Assembly: GCA_023213395.1 (NCBI GenBank)
Contig: CM041465.1
Coordinates: 208,141,741 to 208,205,740 of the forward strand
From: Cycas panzhihuaensis
Lineage: Eukaryota; Plantae; Cycadophyta
Direction of reading: 5' to 3'
DNA length: 64,000 nucleotides
Shown here: piece by piece, positions 1 through 14,056 of the stretch
Position numbering within the stretch: the first letter of the stretch is position 1
Layout of the letters: the number at the start of each line of letters is the position of its first letter
Translations under genes and position numbers: made by a program
The notes under the pieces: generated by a model
What the model saw: only the letters and a program-made list of their open reading frames with translations
Database searches by the model: none
What the model was told of the DNA's origin: nothing

Positions 1-641
1 GCACCTGATGTGGATGGTTCTTCCTCATTATCCTTAGCGTAGATTTGTTCTTCTTGAAGTAGCAGACTTTCAAATTCATTGAATGTCATTCTTTTGAGAC
101 AACCATCTCTTGTAGTGGATGATATGAAGCCATTGTAGTCCTTTGGCAAAGCTTTGGTGATAGATGTGATCAGTTCATCTCTTGTTGCTAGACTACCCAA
201 TGTATTCAACTCATTACATACCTCCTTGATGGAGGAAAGAAAAGCCGACATGGGCTTGACAAACTTTACAGAATACAATTTGGCTTTAACCATTAAAATG
301 CGAGCTTCATCTCGCCTTTCATACAATGAGGACAAAATGTTCCAAGCTTCCTTAGAAGTTTTAGCACAAGCAATGTTTTGATCTACATGCACATCAACAA
401 TCATATGAAGGAATACCAAAGCGATTTCATCTTTGGCTTCCCAAGCAGCAACTAAAGCATTATCAAGTTGCACAGTTACATTGCCATTGATAACAGCTAC
501 AGGTTGGGGTAGTCTTCCAGAAATATAACCCCAAAATTCATTCATGATCAGCAAATTCTGAGTGATTCTTTTCCATTCTTGATAGTTATCTTGACCTGTT
601 AATCGAAGGGTGCATGCATTTAGCATGTTGGTAGCAGCCAT
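1..641 (-). CDS. gag: Copia gag N-terminus (UBN2-type), open to the window edge
   Basis: Manual translation: MAATNMLNACTLRLTGQDNYQEWKRITQNLLIMNEFWGYISG...AKTSKEAWNILSSLYE...ALPKDYNGF, a typical Copia gag. Confidence 0.85.
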   Translation of the reverse strand, partial: MAATNMLNACTLRLTGQDNYQEWKRITQNLLIMNEFWGYISGRLPQPVAVINGNVTVQLDNALVAAWEAKDEIALVFLHMIVDVHVDQNIACAKTSKEAWNILSSLYERRDEARILMVKAKLYSVKFVKPMSAFLSSIKEVCNELNTLGSLATRDELITSITKALPKDYNGFISSTTRDGCLKRMTFNEFESLLLQEEQIYAKDNEEEPSTSG

Positions 642-3218
642 GTTTCAGTTATAAGGCTTGAAGCTAGCAGATAACTTGGAAACTCAAAGCTTTCGTCGCT
701 TAAGTTCCACCTTCTAACGAAACCAACAATCTTGATCTTACTAGAAGATCCAACAATTGAATGGAATGATGAAGGGTGGAGGACTAGGCTATGGAGTTGG
801 TCCAACTCTGATCTTATAGAGGAGATCCAACAGTTGACCAAGTTAAATCTAGGACAAAGGCGTGTAGGGTTGATGCATGGACGTACCATGCTTTCCCACA
901 GGATTCCATTTAATAACACCCTTTTCGAACCTCCTTTCCCTCAAGCAACCTTAATTATCGTGCACTGACCGTACGGTCGGTTGGTCCCCTCGGGAATGCA
1001 CCAAGCTTAAGGTTATTTTAGAGGCAAGGTTTGAACCTTTTTCGGGCCTCTCCAACAAGATTTTAAGTCACTTTTTAGCAGTTTTAAAGTGAACTTAGAT
1101 TTATTTTACTTGGATGATGTACTTATGAGAATGCTTGATTAAGCTTTACAATGAAAGAGTGGATTCAAAAGGAAGCAATTTTACTACATCAATATGAACA
1201 CTTGAAGTGTTATTACAATGAGCACTTTAATGAAATATAGTGCTTATGTAGATCCAAGTAAAAAACAGATGCTTGATTACAATGAGTTTTGCAAAAAAGT
1301 ACTTTGAAAATGTGCTTAAGTACTCAATGAAGCAAGGCAAAACTTTGTGATGAAGATACAAGTGGGTTCCTTTTAATGCTCAAAAGTGAAGGTAAGAGAA
1401 CCACTTGCAAAATAGGACACCAAGCACCAAGTGTTGGGACTTTAAAATAGTCCCAACGATAAAAAAAGAAGTGATTTTATTAAGTACAAAGTATTTTTTA
1501 GCCCTTTTTGAGACTTAAGGGCAATAGGTCACCATGCAAGGTGCCTTAAAGAAGTGTTTGAAATAGTGATAAATATCACTTTTATAATGTGCAAACACTT
1601 AAAATCACTTCACCTAAGCCAATTAACACTTATGCAACATTAATTAAGTGTTAAAAAAAACTTAAAGAGCCAAAAACAAAGGCTGAAACTCAATTTTTTT
1701 TTTTTTTTGGAAATTTGAGCAACAAGAACACCACGCAGGGAACCTTGATTAAGGACTTAAACGCAGAAATTTTAACATCCAGCCAACAATATTCAGAGAA
1801 ACATTCTTAAAAGTATAACATAAGGTTCAAAAATCAAAAGTTTGATTTGAATTTTTCAAAAAAAAAAAAAAAAAGGGTCGTTTATGGCAGCGTGACTTGG
1901 GTAACTCCCGTGGACACGCAAATGATAAGAACAGTGTGTAGAGACCTCTGTTTGTGCTGAAAATTCAGGAGGAGAGGTGCCCAAGTGGTATCCAACTCCC
2001 TCTAAAATCTCAAGGCTTTTCGTCAAGTGTGCAGAGAGCTGCAAGTAATTGAAGTTATGGCTAGTTACACGTCCTTAAGAAAGGAAAACTAGAGTCCTAC
2101 GGCTGTTCGGGGTTTTAAACCCTCGTATTAATCACTAAAACGCTTTCCTTAAGTCTACTATAGCTGCATGCAGGGTCAGTATGTGGACAGCCAGCTTGAT
2201 ATGAGAAAAAAAAGTGAAAAACAGCAATTTTTTATGCTTTTTGAGTGGGGTTTCAAGGCTGAAAATGCCCAGAAATTGATCCACAGCCTGCAAGGGTCCT
2301 CAAACTTTAAATAAATTCAGTCTGAGAGCTTCAAATGGCTAGAGAATAGCTTAGAACCCAAATGTGAGAAAAAAATTAGCTAAAAAATGCAAATTTTAGT
2401 AGAAAAATTACAAAAAACGTGAGTAAACTTGCTCAAAACCCTTGAAGGTGATCTCGAAAAAATTTCAGATCTGAATATGGAGTGCTCTAGCCTTTCAATG
2501 TTGCTCTAGAAGCTTGAACACCGCGAAAATGGTCTCAAACAAACCTTGGATCGCTTTCTTGGGCGAAGGTCGTAACCAAGGGTTTGAAGCCCTTCTTTGA
2601 ATCTCCTTAAGCAGCAACAAACAGAACAGAGGAAACTAGTCTCCTCTTGCTCTGATACCAAATGTGAAAAGAGGCCTAATGGCTTCACAGTCCCAAGATC
2701 TAGAAGCTAGGATCACTCTAGTTCTAAAAGCACAAATACTTAACAAGTGTAATACTCTCAAGATGAAAGAAAGCATAAGAGACAAAGCATAAAATGAAGG
2801 AACAAGAGAAATGATACCAAATGTGTGGAGTTGGAATTGGTCCAACCTCCAAAAGAATAAACAGTTTGATTAGCAAACTGACAGCATAACAATACAACTC
2901 TAACTCTCTTATGAGACAATGAGGAGAGGTCTCATTATATAGAGTGAAATGAGAGACCTAAGGCCTTGGATGTTTGACAAGTGTCAAACATCCAAGATAC
3001 ATGCCTTGCATGTAGGACATGTGTCCTTTTGGGCTCTCATGTGAGCAAAAATGCATGAGGGTCCATTTGACCCTTTAGTGACAACATTGTGTCACTAGAA
3101 AGAATGTGGGTGTGCACTTTATCACTTAAGTGATAAGTCATCCCTAAAGTACAAAAGTACACATATTACACAAAAAATTAAAGTACATTATCTTAACATG
3201 TAAACATAAGGTTTAACA
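1..3218 (-). mobile_element. Ty1/Copia LTR retrotransposon, 5' part (5' LTR 3218-2663, PBS, ~2-kb leader, gag); continues past the window start
   Basis: LTR bounded by TG..CA at 2663-3218. PBS TGGTATCAGAGC (tRNA-iMet) on the minus strand at 2649-2660. gag ORF begins at 641. LTR and leader resemble the element at 51951-57114. Confidence 0.85.
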
Positions 3219-5620
3219 CTATTATACGATAGCAAATTCCACACCCATCCCGAAAAACTAGAACCGTGATGATTGGGACCCTACCAAGTGGAAAAATTTT
3301 ATTAGAACGAATAAGTTCAACTACAAGGCATAAGTGGTTATAAACTGCCTACCCTAGTCAATGGCAATCGATTGAAGAAATACCACCATTAAACACACAC
3401 CTCTAGTACGAGTCAACTAGATGTATAATATGTGTTGAGTGAAGTTGCAGACAACTAAAGTTGTCCTAGTATTGGCACCATGACTCTACACCAATACATA
3501 AACATAAAAATCCTTACAAAAACACTAAAAAACAGAGAAAAACTAACCGTAACTCGCAAAAATCATACACCTAGACAAAAGTCCAAGAAAATTACACCTT
3601 GCATCCTGAGTTTGGAATGTAACCAGGCAAAAGGAGCTAGCGGAAGATGATACGCATAGGGAACAGAAGAAATAGAAAATAGCCAGAAAGAGGAACCGTT
3701 CCAAAAATGGAACAAAACGAACCGCATGCATTCCCAGACAAGAATATGACCCAAACGAATGAAAAAAAGTGCATTATGAGTATCGAAACCCTACAGTCAT
3801 TCCGCCATTCAAATGCACAGAGGAACATAAAGAGATACAACCCCAAGAAGGAATGGCCAGCTTAACCATCCGAACCAAGGAACGCACATCCAACAGAAAG
3901 GTGTAAGTCCCTCAAAAGATTCATTGTTGAGTTTGCTTTTTTCCATACATTCCCTCCGGTTGCAGAATGAGGATTGCAAGTATCCAGGAGACCTACTTAT
4001 CAAAACTTCAAGGGGAATTCGAGGAGTTGCCAAACAATGTCAGGGAAAAAAATCAAACAAGCTGGATGGGAGGATTTTGTTATCATGCTTCCTTTGTATT
4101 AGGACCCGAAAATGATGGAGGAGATCATCATAGCTATGAAATGGAACAGGAAGAAGGTAAAAATAGATGTGGCAGCCATCCATGAGGTTACATGGTTATC
4201 CAATGAAGGAGAAACCCCCGTAGTGACAAAGAAATAAGAAGTAGACAGGGAGACATGGACAAGGGAACTCTGTGCCTAAATACTCAAGTTTATTCTGTGG
4301 GGCATCAGAATTGTGGATATTGCAAATAAGAAGTTACAATGGGCTGCCAAAATTCTAGTGTCCAAATTTCTTACAAAACAAAAGCATACATACATTCTTG
4401 GAGGGTTAGTACCCCTACTTTTAGCATTATGAGACAAGGTTAAGATGAACTGGTGTGAATTCTTGGCTAACAACATCGAGCAGCAGTTAGGGGAACTTCA
4501 AAAGCACCCCTTTAGACAACCATCATTGTTGTTGGCTTTACTATTCTAGCAGTGTCTGAACATCAATCCCCCTTCCCTACCGATCCAACCTAGGGAACCT
4601 ATGATTAAAAAATGGATTAATATTATGCCAAGTGGTACCGAGGACCCAGGAGTAAAACATCAGGTTAAAGTAGAAATGACCAAAATATTGAAATGGGTAT
4701 AGCATAAGCTAGGCACCTCCTTCCCACTTCAACAAAAGCAAACGGCCAAAAGAGGCCCTAAAAGAAGTAGAGGACAGTCGGAAGTAGAGGAGCTACCAAA
4801 CGATTGGGAAACAAAGTTTCCTCAGGCAATTTTGGAACCAAGAGAAGGTTCCTCACAGACACCCTGAAGTGAAAAGGGTACATAGATTATTCAACTATTG
4901 CAAGAATTGGAAGAAGGGTACAAGGCACAAATAGTGGAATTACAAGAAAAGATTAAGAAGAAGGATGCAATAATAGCTACTTTAACACAGATCAATGAAG
5001 ACATGTTGAAAGCCACTGAGTCAACAGGGCAACCAAGACTATAGAAGCAGCCCTAATTACAAAAAGAGGAGGGAGGAAAAAGAACAAAATTTTGAAATTT
5101 TTTGAAATTGAACATGGATGGTCAACCATTTTTGTTGACCCTGGATAGATGTTGCAGTTATATTTGACACTCGTGTCTATTAGAGGGAATGTATGACAAA
5201 AAACAGACAAAACAATTGGTATTTTGCAAGGCAACCATTTGGCATGTATTCGGAACAGAGAATGGACAGAGCAGTGCACAGAACGCAGTCCATCCCACTG
5301 CAGGAACGAATGTTGTACATAGGAATGATCGAGCAATGCAAGAACGCACCAAACAGAAAAGGGAACAATTGCGACCCAGCAAAGGAACGGTGGATATAAT
5401 GCATAGGACACGTGGACAACAATACAGATGGAAGACTGTATTAAGACATTAACAAAGAGTGGTTTAGGGCTAAACAGGCATCCATTCAGAAGAATGGACG
5501 GTTTCGACTATAGACGCAACCGTTCCGTAACAAGAATGCACAGTGTATATAAACACATCCGCCCATTGGGATGGATGCGAGAGCCGAGTGAGTAATTCCA
5601 ACGGTACCTAATCTGGTACA
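3219..5620 (+). mobile_element. Decayed Ty3/Gypsy (Athila/Tat-like) 3' part: integrase C-terminus, degenerate extra ORF, possible 3' LTR (~5190-5620)
   Basis: 3225-3390 translates YDSKFHTHPEKLEP**LGPYQVEKF...VNGNRLKKYH (GPY/VNG motifs). Broken ORF at ~3950-5010. Purine tract TTAGAGGGAA followed by TG at 5190. Confidence 0.6.
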
Positions 5621-7821
5621 GTTGACCAGTCTAACTAGAATGGACCTTGTATGATGTAATATTGACTATTGTCTAATAAAATAAGAGAGTTATGTGGAAA
5701 AGCATGTGTACTCATTGAGGAACGCATGGTGAATGTATGTGTATAAGTTACTTGTGGACTTATGTGGCTTAATAAATGAAGACTATGTATCTTGACCACG
5801 TGCACACACCTTAGACTACAGTGCAAACCCTTGACAAGTGAAGATCTTGCAATAAGGAACAAATCAGTAATCAACATTTTAGGAGATGGTCAGGGTCATC
5901 AACTTCTAGCCTGATGTAAAGCTTCAAGAATTCATCAATGTATTACTGCAATGTTTGTCCTCATAATTGTCTAATGTGTAACCACCATTTCGTAAGGTTA
6001 TCAAGATATCCAAGTGGGTTAAACACCCTTTAATGGTTGCTTTGAAAGTCTCACAGGTAAAAATTAGTTGTTGCCTACTATGCGTCTGCCACCAAGTCAA
6101 GGCTTGTTTAGTCATGTGCACCTCATCGACCATAAGTTTTTGTTGCTCTGTTAGCTATTAAGTTTTGAAATAAGCTTCTAAGTTTCCGAGCCAATCATCT
6201 AACTTATCTGCATTTAGTGTTCCATCAAAAAGTGGAATGTATATTTTAGCATCTAATTTAAATAGTGGTTGCAATAAAGGAATTGCAATAGCGACTTGTT
6301 GGTGCAGCAACTATTGGAACATGGCCATCATGTTATTGACTAGGTTTTGTTGAAAGGTCTGTGAATCTTGTCTTTGTTCTCGCAACTCTTGTGCCAAAAG
6401 CTCTGAGAGATCTAAGTGGGATTGTTCTTCTTAAGACATGATTGGTGGGGTACGTCTGCCTAGGAAGGGCTTATCGAAGTATGCCCACATGTTAATGCTA
6501 AAAGAGATATATTCCTATTTGAGATATGCCTACCTGGAAAGGGCTTATGGTGGTATGCTCATTATCTCTTCCTATTTGAATAATTTGAGATATGCCTGCC
6601 TAAAAAGGGCTTATGGTCATATGCTCATTACTTTTTGTTTTTTTTTTTTAATAATTGAAAAGGCCGCAAGTATGAGAAATTAGGACTTAGTGACCGCAAG
6701 GCCAAAAAAATAAGAAAGAAAAGAGATAAAAATAAACCCTTAAGAACTTTTGCTTGTTTTTAAATGATTCAATTACGTTTTAAAAAAACAAACCAAAGTT
6801 TTAAGATTGAATTTACTTTGGCATATACTAAGAATTATCTTTTTTTTTAATAACCCAAAGTCGCAAAACATAGGAAACTCGAAAAAAAAAATTGATAGTG
6901 TTACAATAAAATGATTTTCAATAGCTTCAAGAACATTTTCTAGGCTTACCAATCATCGGAATCTTCTCAAGTTTGACAGGTGAGTTCTTCGAGCTGTAAC
7001 GATCAATGTAGATAGCCATTTATTAGGGTTTTGTTAATCAGTGAATGGAGAACCTCACGTTGGATGTCACCAAGGGCACACAACTACCGCTCAAGTTTGT
7101 AGTCGATTTTTTTTTAATTGAATCCATAATTTCTTGTTGTTTGCGATTGGAACAGGACTATTAGCAGGAATCGAAGACAGGGCAAGCAATAAATGCTACA
7201 AAGGAGCGATAGGGTGTGGAGGGTGCCGTTAAGAGTGAGTCACAAGCCGCTCAAAATGAATAACAATCGTCCCATGTTTAATTCGTCATATTTGGAGTCT
7301 CCTTCAATGCTTTGGTGAGGCGTGTTCGACAATGGCGCAAACGATTGTGTGCAGATGACTATGGCGGTCGATCCTCTTCTTCATGCCCTCATGCTTTTCA
7401 AACTTTGGCTTTCAGTTGATTATGTGGCTTGATGGCATCAGAAGGGGGGCATCTCTACAATAGCTAGACCAACTGCGAGTTTTACTCGATGCATCCATGA
7501 CTGCTCTAATACCAAAAATTGTTCTATCACCATCAAGAGGTGAGAAGAATAAAGAGAGAAAAGTAAATAATGCAATACTTTGATGTCCCATTTTATTGAA
7601 TCATTCTAGCATAAATACATAAGTGAGGGTTCTGCATGATGGACATTTGTCATCCATGCATTCCCTGTTATTTGTACATAGAAAAGAATGAAGAAATAGA
7701 AAAGAAATAAGGAAAAAAAGAATTAAGAAAGAAGAAAGAATAAAGAAATGAAGAATAATAACTATTCATTAGAATAACTACTCATCAGTACTATTGTACA
7801 CCTTCTAGTAACGTTTCATCA
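5621..7821 (-). mobile_element. Truncated Ty3/Gypsy element: putative 5' LTR (7821-7520), PBS, leader and gag fragment
   Basis: PBS-like TGGTATTAGAGC at 7503-7514 (minus). gag from 6440: IPLFDGTLNADKLDDWLGNLEAYF...ALTWWQ, with stops. Linking the LTR to this gag is inferred. Confidence 0.55.
6455..6630. repeat. Three imperfect ~65-70 bp tandem units
   Basis: Recurring GCCT...AAGGGCTTAT...TATGC core at ~6458, ~6527 and ~6594. Confidence 0.6.
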
Positions 7822-7961
7822 AATTCTAAGCATCCTTTTTTTTTCCCTATTCGTACAATTCTGTACGATAGTCGTACGACTGCCCGTAGACCTCTTCAAA
7901 TGCCAAAAACTTTAAAAAAAAAAAAAACTTTATAGGCAATCGTCCTCGCTCGATATCAAAA

Positions 7962-8304
7962 TGATAAGTCTGCAAACTTTTGCTCACTTGCTCTTCATAG
8001 AATTCTGATTAGGAAATACCTCTAGGCCTTGTTTATGCACAGAAATTCAAGACCTGAACTAGGTAAGAGGAATTGGAGGAATGAGTAACTTCCCCCTTCA
8101 TTGATTTCTTTGAAGAATGTCTTACATATTTATACAAACTCAAGTTGGTTTGTATATAGGACACATGTGCTCCATGCAAGACATGTGTCATCGATATACA
8201 TAATTGCTAATTAAGTTCCTTGAGTACCTTTAAAGTGATACTTAAAGAGTATTGTGAATATAAGACTACACTTATACATTAAGACTATACATAAATATTC
8301 ATCA
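7962..8304 (-). repeat. Possible isolated LTR with degenerate PBS
   Basis: GCTC-GATATCA at 7948-7958, then TGATAAG...CATCA containing TATA and GACATGTGTC motifs. No partner LTR seen. Confidence 0.35.
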
Positions 8305-9720
8305 AGAGCATAGAATGTTGTACGGATATTTGACCTAGGTGATTCATCGATGAGTAGCACTTGATGTGAATTATAAGATGACATTTGTTTTAACAACTAG
8401 GCAAGTGTGTAGTCGAGTTTGTTATAACAAAAAAGATGAAGATTTTGTTAGTTTCTTATAACTGTTAGATCGGTTGTTATGTTAGGATGTGACATCCCAT
8501 GCATTTAGAGGTGGATGACATAACATGCTTTGGGATGGATGGGCACACTAATTACCAAGTGTTAGGAAAAGATGGTGATTTCTTGGTTAATAGAATGATG
8601 GATTAATGTAAATCATGATCATGTTAGGTCGTGACAAAGCACAAATACGGGTTAAAGAAGTTGTCATAAGAATGGTGATGATTAGAGGGAAGTGGCATTT
8701 GGAGTAACAAATGTGGCTTTTCATAGTGGTGCAATGCATGTATCCTGATTAGGTCTATATTGGTTGTTTAGACTTACTTGAGTTGGTTAGTGTAGTGGTG
8801 AAGTTAGCTAAGCTATTTTGGAAAATATTCTAAATTTTTGTTCTAGAATTGCACATCTTGTGTCTGAGGAGGTCTCACAAGAAAAATGCCATCACTACAA
8901 GTAAAACAAAGAAGTTGCAAACTCAATGGAGGCAAATGGTAGGAAAAGGTCTTGATCAAGGCTTGGCCACGTAACATATTTTGCCAATTGGGTTCAATAG
9001 CCATGAGATAGATCATGTGCATTTGTGTAATGAATGGTTATAGTTACCAAAATTCTCACAGTTGCACATTGCCCTCACCACGGCAAGGCTAGATAAGTTT
9101 GTTACAATGCATATCCTAAAGACATGTCATGGTTTTGTGATATATATTATTTGGAGTTACAATCTTCAAGTTTTTCATTAAGACCATGCACAAAAAAGTG
9201 GAGTTGTTTGTTGCTTGGTTTTAGAAGCTATTTAGGTTAACTCCAAAGGTGTTAAGGAACATGAGTGCATACATACATGTTTATATTTGCAGAATCTTTA
9301 ACCGTACACAACAAGCAAACAAGATATACACAGAATACAGATGCGCAGTACACAAGATTTACGTGGGAAACCCTTTCAGGAAAAAACCCACCACAAAGAT
9401 CAATAGATCACATTGATTACCACTTGCTTGATTTGACTAAATATATAAGGGCTCTAGGATATATATATTCTTCCAAGAGGTGTCAATCGACAAGGGTTGT
9501 GGCCCTATGCATATCTCACACTATTTCATTAATCATGATTAAGTTAAACCACACATTAACATTAACCAATGGCTTAATAAACAACTGTCATGTTAACATC
9601 TCCCTTTAATGTAAATGTGGGGAACCTGCAACCTACTACAGTTGTGTTATCACGAAGGTTGGGACTATCCTGCTTCTTTATCCTTGTCGGTACATCCCCT
9701 CTCAAGGATATTTGTGAGCC

Positions 9721-12700
9721 CTAATTTGGTATGCATCTTTGTGAATTGATTTTCAGTAAAAGCTTTGGTGAAGACGTCCGCAAGCTGATATTCACTCGAA
9801 CAATAGTCGACCTACAGCTTCCTGACTTGATTTGTTCACAAATGTAGTGGTGTTGTATCTCAATATGCTTCATACATGCATGAAACTGAGGATTCTTTGA
9901 CAAGTGAATGGTGCTCTAATTATCAACAAAAATAATTGGATGTCCATTTGAAAATCCAAGAACTTCCAAGAGACCTTGCAACCATACAACTTCCTTTGCA
10001 CCAGCACTAATTCCTTGATATTCTGCCTCTATAGAAGATAGCGCCATTGTTTGCTGCTTCTTCAACTGCCACGAAACAAATCCATTACTGACACCAAAGA
10101 TGTATGCAGTAGTGGACTTCCAATCGTCACAGTCTCCTCCCCAATCAGCATCAATATAGCCATACAACTTTATCTCCTCACCATAACGGTATTCGAGACC
10201 AAGATTAAGTGTCCCCTTCAAGTACTTCAGAATCTACTTCACTGTGAGGATTCTGCACATATCGAGAAACTAATCCAATAGCATAGGCGATTTCTGGTCT
10301 GGTATGAGTTAAATAGATTAGACTCCATACCAATTGGCGATACTTTGTTCCATCTACAGAGGGTTTGGCCATATCTTTCTATAGCTTTGTGCCCTTAGCA
10401 CATGTTGTTGCAATCGGCTTGCAATTTTACATCTTGAACTTCACTAGTAGGTTCTTCACATACTACGTCTGCAACAACATGAACTGACCTTCCATCTGCC
10501 TGATTTGAATGCCCAAGAAGTAGTGAAGCTGCTCGGGGTTTGTCATATCAAAAATAGCTCCCAAATTGGACTTGACTCCTATAATAGTCTTATTACAGTT
10601 GCCTTCGATGAGTAAATCATCCACATACAACACAATAACTACTATTGAGGTCCCACTCCTTTTCACATACGGATTCGGGTTGGGATTTGAAACAACAAAT
10701 CCTTTAGCTTTCAACTTAGCATCAACCTTCTTATACCAAGCATGGGGTGCTTATTTTAGGCCATAGAGTGATTTCTTCAACTGACATACAAGATGCTCCT
10801 AGTCTTTTTTAATGAATCCCAGAGGTTGTGACATGTAAATCTCCTCCCTTAGATCCCCATTCAAAAATGCAGACTTGACGTCCATCTAGCATAACTCCCA
10901 ACCATATGTAACTGCTAAGGAAATGATCAAACACATCGTCGTATCTTGGAAATTGGTGCAATTGTCTTATCATAATCAATTCCTTCCTTTTGTTTAAATC
11001 CTTAAGCGACAAGCCAAGCCTTGTACTTGTGCACCTCTCCATTGGAGCAAAACTTAGTCTTGTAGACCCACTTGCATCTAACAAGGTTCTTCGTCGAAGG
11101 GAGCGAAACCAAATCCCATGGGTCATTCTTCATGAGTGAACCATGCTCCTCTTCCATTGTAGCTCTCCATTGTGGATCACCTTTCGCTTCATCATACAAA
11201 TCAGGATCACTAAAGTTGTTGGTGTCTACTAGTAGAGTTTGACTAGCATGTTGACTTCTTGTTCTCCTCTCATCAGTAAGGGTATGCATCACCACTCTGG
11301 AATCCTCAATCGTCTTCCCTACTCATAATGGTATAGAAGGACTTGGTATTGTAGGTAATTCTTCATGTGACGACTCCTCACTATTACTCTCTCCACTCGG
11401 TCCTTTTCTCATGATTTCTATCAACTGACTCATTGTCCTCTTCAGGGTAAAAAGGCTCTTCTATTGATTTTTTGGCATGATACATCGATGACTCACCAAA
11501 TTTGACATCCCAACTAATCACAATCTTTCTCCCCTGCGAATCCCATAGTTTATAAGCTTTGTTTTGATCGCAATACCCCACAAAAATACACTTCAAACTC
11601 TTGCGATCCAACATCTTGCGATTGTTGTCAGAGATGTGTGCATACCCAATGCACCCAAAAGTTTTTAAATGGCCAACGACAGGTTTACGACCTGTCCATT
11701 TTTTTTCGGGGGTCATGCTTTGAACTACTTGAGTGGATACCCAGTTTACAATGTAAACAGTAGTCACCACAGCCTCTACTCAAAACATCGGTAGCAAGTT
11801 TTTCGAGTGCACCATACTCCTTGCCATTTCCATCAGAATACAATTTTTCCTTTTTGCAACACCATTTTATTGTGGGGTATATGGGGCAGTAAACTCCTAT
11901 TTTATACCATGATCACGATAGAACTAATTAAATGCATGATTGTTGTATACCTTGCCACTATCACTTCTCAATATATTAATCTTCTTATCACTTTCATTCT
12001 CTAAACCCACTTTCGAATCACAGAAGTGATCAAGCACATCTAACTTGTTCTTCAGGAAATAACCCAAGCATTCCTAGTGTAATCATTCACAAACACTAAG
12101 GTATATCGAGCTCCTGATATTGAAGGGTTTGGAAGCAAACCCATCACATCTATTTGTGTAAGCTCTAGATTCTCCTTGGCTCTCCAAGCATTATCTCAAG
12201 CAAAAGGATAACAATGATGCTTCCCATACACGCACCCTTCACAAACACTATCTGAACATGAAACAGATAGTAACCCTTCCACTGTTTTCAACCTTTTCAA
12301 TAGTGCGATGCTTCTATAATTCAGGTGTCATAGGTGATCATGCCACAACTTGCTCACATCATCTACATTGGCAATAGAAACATAAGACTTCTTCTAAGAT
12401 TAAAACTTCTCAAACACCCAAAAGTTATCTCTGACCTTCCCAGTAGCAATGATAGAGAAATTTTGCTTAGGATCCTTAATGAGACATCTATCATGATAAA
12501 GATCCACCTTCATTCCTTATTTGTAGATTTCTCGAGCAAAAAGCAAATTCAACTGCATCTTGGGTACATAATATGCCCCTGTGCACTTACCACCTGCCAA
12601 GGAAACTTGGCCAACACCTTCCACCGGCAACACGCGAGCATCTCTAAGAATGATCTCTGCACCACTATGACTTTCACCCCATGTATCAATGTTATGCTTC

Positions 12701-13586
12701 TATAATCCATGAGTCCAAAATCCAGTAGTCTCTTCGATTTAACTCAGTTGACAAAGTTGACGCTCTGACACAATGTGCTACAATGCTCTTCCCTCTGTCA
12801 TCCTCGCTAACTTTGCATTTGTCTTGTCTCTTGAACCAATAGTTCTTTTCTTTGTGGCCTTCCTTCTTACAGTAGTTACATTACCATTAAATGTCTTCTT
12901 CTCCCAAGAGTCTTCCCCAATCCTATATATAATCTCCTCCTCTAAACGATCTCTCTTCTCTGCATCTTCATGACTAAGGCTTGATTCAATTCAGAACCTC
13001 CAAGCATCCCATGATGTTTTAACTTCGCATCCTTTGCCAGAATAAGATTCTTAATGCCATCAAAGGTCTCTGCCTCCATCACCTCATCTCTACCATAAAT
13101 GGTCTAAAAAGTGGCAAAAGCAACTGGCAACTTCGACATGATTATCGGAAATAAAAGCACATCATTGATCCAATTCGACTTCAACTCTTCTAGCTTATTC
13201 CTCAAGTCAGTGATTTTATTTAGGTAGGAACTTATGTTGGTCTCATCTTCTACTCTAGAATTGAGAAGCTCCAACATTAAGGCTAGACATCTATTCGTCT
13301 TCTTTTTCTTAAAATTTTCCTGCAGTTTTACCTAGATTTCATCTGGCTACTCTAAGTTTTGAACCAAAGCCCTCTGGTCCAATGCTAGTGACAATTTCAA
13401 CAATCCAACAGCCATAAATTGATTCTCCTCAAAACGTACACATTCTTTATGGTCAAGTGGGACCACATCCACCTTCACCTTGGTAATCACCCAAAGTTGA
13501 TTCACCATCAACGCTAACTCCATGTTGGTCTTCCACTCGCTGAAATTGTTGTTGTTAAAGGTAATTTTGGACATCGCATGCTCCAC
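9721..13586 (-). pseudogene. Disrupted Copia gag-pol (gag, integrase, RT, RNase H)
   Basis: ORF fragments NFSEWKTNMELAL (gag), KTFGCIGYAHI (integrase), CKWVYKTK and VLYVDDLL (RT), GYIDADWGG...ALSSIEAEY (RNase H), with many stops and frameshifts. Confidence 0.92.
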
Positions 13587-14056
13587 CTCGAGAAATAGGC
13601 TTCAACACACAAGTTAATATCACCTGACTTACAAACTTATAGTCTTTCGGACAGAATTTACACCATTGCGATCACCTCCATCTCAGGCACTCTCACTGGG
13701 GAATGCATAACAATGATTATGTACACCCAGAGCAGCTCACCAACTGTTCATACTTTACCAACAAACTCCAAAAAGTCTTCAAAATGCTCACAAAAATACT
13801 TAAGCAATACTTAGGATGCCTTAGAATATGCTCAAGACAACGAAATCTCAACACAATACAAGGTGTACGATCTTCTAAGTCAAATCCACACGACAAATGG
13901 CTCAAAAAATAATCACAAATCATTACACAACACTCTGCAACACTTCACAAATAAGATATTGAACATCAATGGTTCAAAGGCCCTTTTTATAAAGTCACAT
14001 TATAAAGGAAATATGCCAAGAGGTATATTCCGAAAGGTGCGACTTTTCATATGTTT

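Noticed and set aside
4992-5452. Cluster of overlapping ORFs on both strands
   Set aside because: Repetitive LTR-like sequence; translations lack recognisable domains.
8800-9244. Possible hAT transposase relic (with 20510-20750 and 39632-40100)
   Set aside because: Only faint Cys/His and CERNWS-like traces; no TIRs or convincing frame.
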